The notes under the pieces were generated by a model that was given only the letters and a program-made list of their open reading frames with translations, was not told the origin of the DNA and did no database searches. From an uncultured Janthinobacterium sp. (GTDB lineage Bacteria; Vulcanimicrobiota; Vulcanimicrobiia; Vulcanimicrobiales; Vulcanimicrobiaceae): a stretch of DNA of 16,539 nucleotides. Below, in pieces: positions 9,001 to 15,059 of this stretch; position 1 is the first letter of the stretch; the number at the start of each line of letters is the position of its first letter. The stretch is taken from the NCBI GenBank assembly GCA_964658025.1, contig CAZZXB010000063.1:328-16866 (forward strand). Direction: 5' to 3'. Both the position numbers and the translations under genes were made by a program.

Positions 9001-10392
9001 CGTCGGTTCCGCCGCCGACGCGAGCACGCCGACGACGTCCTTGAGTTCTTCGCGCGTGCATCCGAAGCGATGGAGTTGCGCCGTCGTGTCGGTATGCGTC
9101 GCGCCGTCGACGCGGTCGTCGAGCGGAAACGTCCAGCTTCCGACGACGTCGCGGAAATCGGCGCGCTCGCGCCGTTCGTTGCGGAATTGCTCGGTCGCGA
9201 CGACTTCGCCCGACGCGAAACGGACGATGAGCCGACCGCCCGGCCCCAGACGCCCGCGTTGCACGACGTCGTCGTCTCCGAAATCGACGATCCCCGCCTC
9301 CGACGCGCAGAGCACCTTATTCGACGCCGTGCGTAACCACCGTAGCGGCCGCAGGCCCGTCCGGTCGAGTGCCGCCCCGACCGTGTCGCCGTCGGCGAAC
9401 ACGATCGCGGCCGGGCCGTCCCACGGCTCGACCGTCGGTACGTGCGCGTCGTAGTACGCACGCAATCGCGGATCGTCGCGATCGATCGCGGGCGCGAGCA
9501 GCATGTCGACCGCTTCGTCGACGCGATATCCCGCGCCGACCATCGCGTCGACCGCGGTGTTGAAATCGAACGAGTCGCTCGAACCCGCCTGGACGCGCAC
9601 GCCGCGCGCTTCGAGCCACGCGCGGTTCCCGGTGATCGTGTTGATCTCGCCGTTGTGCGCGATGTGCCGGAAGGGCTGCACGAGCCGCCACGCGGGCGAA
9701 CTGTTCGTCGAGAAGCGTTGGTGGAAGAGCGCGAAGCGCGACGCGAACGCGTCGTCGCGCAGGTCGTCGAAGTACGCGCCGAGTTCGTCCGAGGAGAGGA
9801 GCGCCTTGTAGACGACCGACGTGGCGGAGCAGGACAATAACGCCGCGCTCGGTCCGAACTCGCGCAGACTCTTCTCGACCATCCGCGCGGCGGTGCGCAT
9901 CCGCTCGCGGACGTTCCCCGGGCCCATGTCGACGATGAGCTGCTCGTAGTTGGGACGCGTGAGCAACGCCTGGGCGCCGAGCACGTCGTCGTGCGTTTGC
10001 GGCGAACGCCAGCGCAGCGGCGTGACGTCGAGCGAATAGACGCGCGCCTCGATCGCCGCGCGCGCCGCGGCCGCCGCATCGGGCTCGCGCGGAAGGAAGA
10101 GACAGATCGCCGCGAGATGGTTCGCGTTCGCGCGAATGTCGACGTTCGCGAGATCGCGCGCGAAGAGTTTGCGCGGCGTCTCGCAGAGGATGCCCGCGCC
10201 GTCGCCGGTCCGGCCGTCCGCCGAACGCGCGCCGCGATGCATCATCGCGCCGACGCCCGAGAGGGCGAGTTCGATCACGGCGTGGGTCGCCGAGCCGCCG
10301 AGATCGGCGATGAAGCCGACGCCGCACGCGTCGTGCTCTTCGGGCGGGAGGGATGCGGAGGCGGTCGGACCGCCCGAACAATCGTGCGAGAT
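6058..10392 (-). CDS. gltB: Glutamate synthase large subunit (GATase, FMN-binding, 3Fe-4S and GXGXG domains); inferred ATC start, 1444 aa
   Basis: EHDA|CGVGF Ntn cysteine (codon 10326-10324, upstream of the track's start at 10278), HRGA, HQRFSTN, HNGEINT, EPWDGPA, FAQVTNPPIDP, SNSGEGGE, KQVASGRFG, IKMAQGSKPGEGGQ, SPPPHHDIYSIEDLAQLI, CIYARQCHKNTCPVG, GSAGQSFGAF. The start is inferred at ATC 10392, behind GAGGA. Confidence 0.96.
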   Translation of the reverse strand: MSHDCSGGPTASASLPPEEHDACGVGFIADLGGSATHAVIELALSGVGAMMHRGARSADGRTGDGAGILCETPRKLFARDLANVDIRANANHLAAICLFLPREPDAAAAARAAIEARVYSLDVTPLRWRSPQTHDDVLGAQALLTRPNYEQLIVDMGPGNVRERMRTAARMVEKSLREFGPSAALLSCSATSVVYKALLSSDELGAYFDDLRDDAFASRFALFHQRFSTNSSPAWRLVQPFRHIAHNGEINTITGNRAWLEARGVRVQAGSSDSFDFNTAVDAMVGAGYRVDEAVDMLLAPAIDRDDPRLRAYYDAHVPTVEPWDGPAAIVFADGDTVGAALDRTGLRPLRWLRTASNKVLCASEAGIVDFGDDDVVQRGRLGPGGRLIVRFASGEVVATEQFRNERRERADFRDVVGSWTFPLDDRVDGATHTDTTAQLHRFGCTREELKDVVGVLASAAEPTSSMGDDASLAFFERRTPVAEYLRERFAQVTNPPIDPLRESLVFDLRAWVGSGDINGDIPAASSIVALASGILSEVDFDALRFDARLVQLAVPLAFGDVSLRARLVAICDEAERAVREGTSLVVLDDRPDAASVPALLATGAVHQRLVQRGLRMQASIAVADGAARDAHAIAALLGVGANVVTPWLGLRAASESGTGVAYLGGLRAGLLKIMAKLGICTLRSYVGAQTFESIGLHGEIVELCFPGIKAHAPALRFAAIESDVRTWYAASRTGDPLPDRGTFRFRREGVRHAFDPGVIKNLRASAMNGDYAAFEKLSDAMEAREPVALRDLIEAKPLRDPIPLDEVEPISEIVRNFATAAMSLGALATEVHATIARAANRIGAKSNSGEGGEQTDRYDRTVDRGRSKIKQVASGRFGLGAAYLASADEVEIKMAQGSKPGEGGQIPAHKVTAEIATLRGAQTGQALISPPPHHDIYSIEDLAQLIYDLRRAAPHARIAVKLVAQSGIGYVASGVAKADADAIHISGHDGGTGASPLSSIKHAGLPWEIGLVETHHALLANGLRSRVKLRVDGGFKSGRDVVLATLLGADEYGFGSALLVALGCIYARQCHKNTCPVGIATQDPKLRAKFAGTDDEAVAFLEFVANDVRRRLAALGARSLEEIRGRSDLLRRKDYADERLHEIDLSEILRLPERPQTERRALAEPTHLDDLVPRPWANRREAWHATPELPISPIDRAVGTRIAHEFAARRAAGGDPGNLTIRYHGSAGQSFGAFLTDGLSLELAGDANDYVGKSMEGGRITVRGFEVGRDAEPAVGNACFYGARGGEGFVRGGAGERFGVRNSGASLVAEGAGDHAAEYMTRGVVAILGPVGTNVASGMSGGTLYLAPGGRIDPGAHGIHFGPNACVVGAIDPNEADASELRALLERYADATDSPRARGILEQWPRSLAEFVRITNAKPTPPSEPAASEKTETEASPEAVVAG

Positions 10393-10398
10393 GGCGGA

Positions 10399-10440
10399 TC
10401 CTCGTTCGAGACGGCGGCGGGATGCCGAAGGGAGACTATA
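10399..10440 (-). promoter_or_regulatory. gltB -10 element (TATAGT, 10440-10435) and Shine-Dalgarno (GAGGA, 10403-10399)
   Basis: Minus strand reads ctaaagTATAGTctcccttcggcatcccgccgccgtctcgaacGAGGAtccgccATC. Confidence 0.6.
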
Positions 10441-10466
10441 CTTTAGGGCCTACTCGGCACGCCCGT

Positions 10467-10500
10467 CATTCGCCATTTGTCGAATCCACATGAGCGAATG
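10467..10500. promoter_or_regulatory. Imperfect inverted repeat upstream of the gltB promoter (candidate operator)
   Basis: CATTCGC (10467-73) and GCGAATG (10494-500) flank an inner TGT-N7-ACA (10478-10490, T-N11-A). Confidence 0.45.
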
Positions 10501-10728
10501 CCGCACGGTCGCACGCCGCCTCGCCACATGCGTCGAACGCGCGGCGCGCGAGCGTTCGGAACCTCGCGCTCCGCTCGGCTTCACGTCGAGCGCCGATTTT
10601 TCGGCCGGTCCCGCAAAACGCGGCCGCACGAACGCGGGGATCGGCGACGGACTCCACGGGCGTCCGGACGTTCGGGGCCGCCGTTCGCGCGTGCGGCGAG
10701 CGCTCGTTTCGCGGGACTCGCCAGGCGG

Positions 10729-10902
10729 TCAGGCGGGTCCGGTCCCGTCCGATCCGGGCGGATGCGGATCGACGCGCGGGTCGTCGGAAAGACCGCTCTT
10801 CGGATCCACTTCTTCGGATTCGTCGACGCGCTCGCGCGGATCGGCGTTCGCATCGGTGGCATCTTCGTCCGGACGGCCGGGCGCCTCGGGTATCGGGGCC
10901 AT
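10729..10902 (-). CDS. Small acidic, Pro-rich, probably disordered protein (57 aa)
   Basis: MAPIPEAPGRPDEDATDANADPRERVDESEEVDPKSGLSDDPRVDPHPPGSDGTGPA. A strong SD (AAAGGAG) lies about 5 nt before ATG 10902, with a -10-like TAACGT just upstream. Confidence 0.65.
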   Translation of the reverse strand: MAPIPEAPGRPDEDATDANADPRERVDESEEVDPKSGLSDDPRVDPHPPGSDGTGPA

Positions 10903-10924
10903 CGTATCTCCTTTACGGCTGCCA

Positions 10925-10936
10925 ACGTTATAAGCT
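10925..10936. promoter_or_regulatory. Back-to-back -10-like elements (ACGTTA|TAAGCT), candidate divergent promoter
   Basis: TAACGT on the minus strand (10930-10925) and TAAGCT on the plus strand (10931-10936), between divergent genes. Confidence 0.4.
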
Positions 10937-11044
10937 CGCGGGCGTCGCCTCAAACGCGCGCGAGCGATCGCCTCACCGTGCGATCGCGCGAACGGGACCG
11001 CGACGCGCGACCGCCGCCGACGTCGCACGGCACGCGCCGACCAC

Positions 11045-13312
11045 ATGCGGTGCGAAACATCGGGTCGCACCGCCCGTATATCCGTCGTGTTCCGCCTTCG
11101 AATCGCCGCGCTTGCGAGCGTCGTGTTTTTTTGCTGTCCGCTCGACGCGCGCGCGACCGTCGCTCCGGGAAGCGCCGTCGTCGCGCGAAAGGCCGCGCAT
11201 CCGCCGCCGAACGTCGCCGATTTTTCCGATCCGATCTGGGCCACGGCGGTCCGCGCGTCCGCGTTCGAGAACCTCACGTCGCGCGTGCCGTCGCGCTTCG
11301 CGACGACGGTCTACCTCCTCTACGACGACGTTTCGGCGTACGTCGGCTTCGACTGCGATCAGCACGGCGTGCCGCTCACGCAGACGCAGGGCACGAACGA
11401 CGTCGGCTACGGCCTCGACGATTCGGTCTCGGTCGCGTTCGACACGAGCGGCAACAACTCGCGAACCTACGCCTTCACCGCGACGCCGCTCGGCGTCCGC
11501 TACGAATTCTCGACCGAATCGTCGCGGTATCAGCCGCCGTGGACCGTCGTGACGAAGCGCACCGCGACGGGATATCGCGTCCTCATGACGATCCCGCTCG
11601 CGACGATGCGCCTGCAGGGACGCGTGAAGCAGCGCTGGCGCGTCAACTTCACGCGACGGATCGCCGCGTCGAACGACAACGACAGTTGGGCCTACGATGC
11701 CGCCTCGAACGGCTACTGCCAGAACAGTTCCCTCGCGTCGACGCTCTACTGCGATCCGACGCGTTGGCCCGTACTCGCCGGGATCGATCTTCCCACCGCG
11801 ATCAAACCGCCGCCGCCGTACGCCGACGTCTACGGTCTCGCGAGCCTCGGCGGCGATCGCAAGATCTTCGAAACGACGCCCGGTTCGTTCACGTCGCTCT
11901 CGCCGCGCGTCGTCGGTCTCGATGCCACGGTCCCGTTCACGCGGACGCTCGCGTTCGTCGGCGCGCTCGGCCCCGATTTCTCGAACGTCGAAACCGATCA
12001 GACGACGATCTCGCCCCAAGAATTCCAACAGCACTTTACCGAATATCGGCCGTTCTTCGCGGAAGGCTCGAATTACGTGCAGGCGTTGCCGTCGATCGGC
12101 ATCATCGGAACCGGGAACACGATGTTCTACACGCCGTCGCTCGGCGTGCTCGATTCGGGATTCAAAATCGAAGGAACGCAGGGAACGAGCGCGATCGGCT
12201 TGCTCGACGCCAACGGCGACGGTTACGACGATCGCGCGTTCGGTTATTCGTCGGCGAAGCCGGACGGCTCGCTCACGCTCTCCGCGCAGGGCGTCTCCGC
12301 GAACCACGCGGGCGTGCGCGACACGACGATCGGGATCGGCGGCGACTATCAGAACGTCCACTCGGGGATCCAACCGGTCTTCACGTACCAGGCCGAGAGC
12401 GGCACGAACGTGGCGCGGACGCGCGACGCGCGCGAGTTCGTCGGCGCGGTCATCGTCGATCGCGGCCCGTGGCACGTCGGCGGCGCGTATCAAGACGTCG
12501 GCCCCGAATTCGCGCCGATCGACGGCTACACGACGCAGAACGACACGCGCGGTCCCGCCGCGTTCGCGATCTACAACGGCGTCGGCGGCAAACGCGGCGC
12601 GATCAAATCGTTCGGCGCCACGGCCGTGGTCGATCGTTTCGTCGACCGCAGCGGCGCCGCGCGTCAGGCGGACGCGCTCTATCAAGTCAAGACCACGCTC
12701 AAGAATCTCGCGAGCCTCGCCCTCACCTCCCAGACGAGCGAGTTGCGCACCTACGCCGAGGCGTTCCCGACCTACGCGGCTCCGGCGAACGTCGCGTTCG
12801 ATCAGAACGAGATCCAAGTCGGCTATCGCGACGGGACGCCGACCTTCACGGACGCCTCGTACACGATCGGCCGCTTCGCGGTCGTGTGTCCCGGCACGGC
12901 GATCGAACCGCTCGCGTGCCCGCAGGCGACGAACGGCTTCGTCCCCGCGTTCACGCGTCAACTCGACCTCTCGACGACGCGCGCGCTGCGCGACGGCCTC
13001 TCGGTCACGTTCGAATTCGCCGGAACGTCGCTGCACCCCGATCGCGGCGCCGCCGACTCGCAGTGGCTCCGGCGCCTCTCGCTCTCGCGTGCGCTCGGCA
13101 GCGATTCGCAACTCGCGCTGAGTTTGCGCGCGATCAACGGTACGGGCGGATTCGCGCTTCCGGGCGAGGACCTCGCGGTCTCGTTCCACGAGCGCTTCCG
13201 AAACCAGAACCAACTCTACGTCGAGTACGGCAGCCCCGCATCGTACCGAACGCTTCAGCGCTTCATCTTCAAGTACGTCGTCCATCTCGGAAAGGGCGGC
13301 GCGGGAACCTGA
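11045..13312 (+). CDS. Secreted/outer-membrane protein with an N-terminal CBM9-like domain and a DUF5916-like probable beta-barrel
   Basis: Signal-like RLRIAALASVVFFCCPLDARA. CBM9-like TTVYLLYDD..YVGFDC...DDSVSVAFD...YAFTATPLG...MTIPL...WRVNFTR. DUF5916-like PDFSNVETD...EYRPFFAEG. The C-terminal half has amphipathic beta-strands ending FIFKYVVHL. The start may be GTG 11087. Confidence 0.75.
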   Translation: MRCETSGRTARISVVFRLRIAALASVVFFCCPLDARATVAPGSAVVARKAAHPPPNVADFSDPIWATAVRASAFENLTSRVPSRFATTVYLLYDDVSAYVGFDCDQHGVPLTQTQGTNDVGYGLDDSVSVAFDTSGNNSRTYAFTATPLGVRYEFSTESSRYQPPWTVVTKRTATGYRVLMTIPLATMRLQGRVKQRWRVNFTRRIAASNDNDSWAYDAASNGYCQNSSLASTLYCDPTRWPVLAGIDLPTAIKPPPPYADVYGLASLGGDRKIFETTPGSFTSLSPRVVGLDATVPFTRTLAFVGALGPDFSNVETDQTTISPQEFQQHFTEYRPFFAEGSNYVQALPSIGIIGTGNTMFYTPSLGVLDSGFKIEGTQGTSAIGLLDANGDGYDDRAFGYSSAKPDGSLTLSAQGVSANHAGVRDTTIGIGGDYQNVHSGIQPVFTYQAESGTNVARTRDAREFVGAVIVDRGPWHVGGAYQDVGPEFAPIDGYTTQNDTRGPAAFAIYNGVGGKRGAIKSFGATAVVDRFVDRSGAARQADALYQVKTTLKNLASLALTSQTSELRTYAEAFPTYAAPANVAFDQNEIQVGYRDGTPTFTDASYTIGRFAVVCPGTAIEPLACPQATNGFVPAFTRQLDLSTTRALRDGLSVTFEFAGTSLHPDRGAADSQWLRRLSLSRALGSDSQLALSLRAINGTGGFALPGEDLAVSFHERFRNQNQLYVEYGSPASYRTLQRFIFKYVVHLGKGGAGT

Positions 13313-13467
13313 ACGCGCGGGCCGCGATCCCGGCAAGTCGTTCCCGGCGGTCCGAACGGAATCGGACGGCAGATCGCCCGGATCCGTCGAGAAGCGTCCG
13401 AACGCGGCGAACGATCCCGGCGTCACGAACGAACCCTGCGCGAAATGCGCGGCAACGTCGTCGCGCG

Positions 13468-13473
13468 TAAGGT
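13468..13473 (+). promoter_or_regulatory. Candidate -10 element TAAGGT upstream of the MmgE/PrpD gene
   Basis: A TAnnnT hexamer in the intergenic region, 6 nt before a GTG at 13480. Confidence 0.4.
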
Positions 13474-13570
13474 GCGAGCGTGACGGCATGCGTGCCCGAA
13501 CCCGTCGCCGTCGGGCGGCGTCGGCCTCGCCGCACAGGCCGAGCGCGACGCCCCGCGCGAAGCCCTCGCG

Positions 13571-15040
13571 ATGGCAACGCCTTCACGTCGCGTCTTCATT
13601 CGGAACGGCGCAGCCGCCTCGTTCGTCGCCTCGGCGGGCGGTCCGGCCGCGAGTTCGCCGCCGAACGCGCCGCCCACGACCGCCGCGGACGCCGATCCGC
13701 CGCACGTCACGGAGACGCTCGCGCGATACGTGGTCGGCGCACGCTACGAAGATCTGCCGGCGGACGTCCGTCGCGAAGCCCGACGGACGCTTCTCAACTA
13801 CGTCGGCGTGGCGGTTGGCGGATCGCGGACCGACACGATCGAGATCGCGACCGCCGCGCTCGCACCGTTCTCCGGACCGCCGCAAGCGAGCGTGCTCGGA
13901 CGACGCGAACGCTTCGACGTGATGAACGCCGCGTTCGTCAACGGCGTGAGCAGCCACATCTTCGACTACGACGACACGCATCTCAAAACGATCATCCATC
14001 CGGGCGGTCCCGTCGTTTCGGCGATCCTCGCGCTCGCCGAATTTCATCCGGTCGACGGTCGCGCGTTCTCGAACGCGCTCGTTCTCGGCGTCGAAACGGA
14101 GTTGCGGATCGGAAACGCCGTGTATCCCAATCACTACGACGTGGGCTGGCACATCACGGGGACCGCGGGCGTTTTCGGATCGGCGGTCGCGGCCGGCAAA
14201 CTGCTCGGACTCGACGAGCGGCAGATGACGTGGGCGATCGGGCTCGCCGCATCGCAACCGGTCGGCTTGCGCGAATCGTTCGGCTCGATGAACAAGAGCT
14301 TCAATCCCGGCCGTGCGGCCGCGAACGGACTCTTCGCCGCGTTCCTGGCGAGTAAGAATTTCACGAGTTCGGACCGGATGATCGAAGCGAAGCGCGGCTG
14401 GGCGAATACGGTCAGCACGAAACAGGATTACGCGCAGATCACGGACGGGCTCGGATCGCGTTACGAAACGCGACTGAACACGTACAAGCCGTTCGCGTGC
14501 GGGATCGTCATGCATCCCGCGATCGACGCGGCGATCCGTCTACGCGACGCGAATCATCTCACCGCGGACGAGATCGCGCGCGTCGATCTGCGCGTGAACC
14601 CGCTCGTCATCGAACTCACGGGCAAAAAAACGCCCACCGACGGACTGCAGGGAAAATTCAGCATCTACCACGCGGTCGCGGTCGCGCTCGTCGAAGGCGC
14701 GGGCGGCGAGAAGCAGTTCTCCGATCGCGCAGTCGCCGATCCGACGGTCGTCGCGCTACGAGGACGCGTGACGGCGACCGTCGTTCCGAACGTCGAGGCG
14801 CAACAGGTCGACATGACGATCGTGCTGCGGGACGGACGCACGTTCCATCGATTCGTCGAACACGCCGTCGGAAGCGTCGAGGTGCCGATGACCGACGCCG
14901 CGCTCGAGACGAAATTCGAAGGGCTCGCCGAGGGCATCCTGCCGAACGCGCGGATCCGTTCGCTGATGGACGCGTGCTGGAACGTGGAGCGCTCGTCCGA
15001 CGCCGGAGCGATCGCGCGCGCCGCCGTACCGCTCGCGTGA
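13571..15040 (+). CDS. MmgE/PrpD-family protein with a twin-arginine (Tat)-like signal
   Basis: SRRVFI N-terminus; AAFVNGVSSHIFDYDDTH, IHPGGPV, GWHITGTAG, MNKSFNPG, YKPFACG, GKFSIYH. No prpB or prpC nearby, so the prpD symbol is not assigned. Confidence 0.9.
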   Translation: MATPSRRVFIRNGAAASFVASAGGPAASSPPNAPPTTAADADPPHVTETLARYVVGARYEDLPADVRREARRTLLNYVGVAVGGSRTDTIEIATAALAPFSGPPQASVLGRRERFDVMNAAFVNGVSSHIFDYDDTHLKTIIHPGGPVVSAILALAEFHPVDGRAFSNALVLGVETELRIGNAVYPNHYDVGWHITGTAGVFGSAVAAGKLLGLDERQMTWAIGLAASQPVGLRESFGSMNKSFNPGRAAANGLFAAFLASKNFTSSDRMIEAKRGWANTVSTKQDYAQITDGLGSRYETRLNTYKPFACGIVMHPAIDAAIRLRDANHLTADEIARVDLRVNPLVIELTGKKTPTDGLQGKFSIYHAVAVALVEGAGGEKQFSDRAVADPTVVALRGRVTATVVPNVEAQQVDMTIVLRDGRTFHRFVEHAVGSVEVPMTDAALETKFEGLAEGILPNARIRSLMDACWNVERSSDAGAIARAAVPLA

Positions 15041-15044
15041 TCGT

Positions 15045-15058
15045 CGCTCTCGCGAGCG
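15045..15058. terminator. Small hairpin between convergent genes
   Basis: CGCTC-TCGC-GAGCG in the 19-nt gap. It has no U-tract. Confidence 0.2.
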
Positions 15059-15059
15059 G

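Noticed and set aside
10276..10278. ORF-track start of gltB at GTG 10278
   Set aside because: It would delete the catalytic CGVGF motif, which is intact and in frame upstream.
10466..10657. 63-aa minus-strand ORF as a gltB leader peptide
   Set aside because: No SD, no Glu/Gln enrichment, and it lies upstream of the inferred gltB promoter.
10393..10728. Glutamine (glnA-type) riboswitch upstream of gltB
   Set aside because: I could not match its conserved core by eye, and the inferred 5' UTR is only about 36 nt. An Rfam scan would settle it.
10477..13470. 997-aa plus-strand ORF (and the 838-aa minus-strand ORF 10973-13489) overlapping the DUF5916-like gene
   Set aside because: Arg/Ala-rich, motif-free shadow frames expected in high-GC DNA with biased codons. 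The 755-aa frame has the recognisable motifs.
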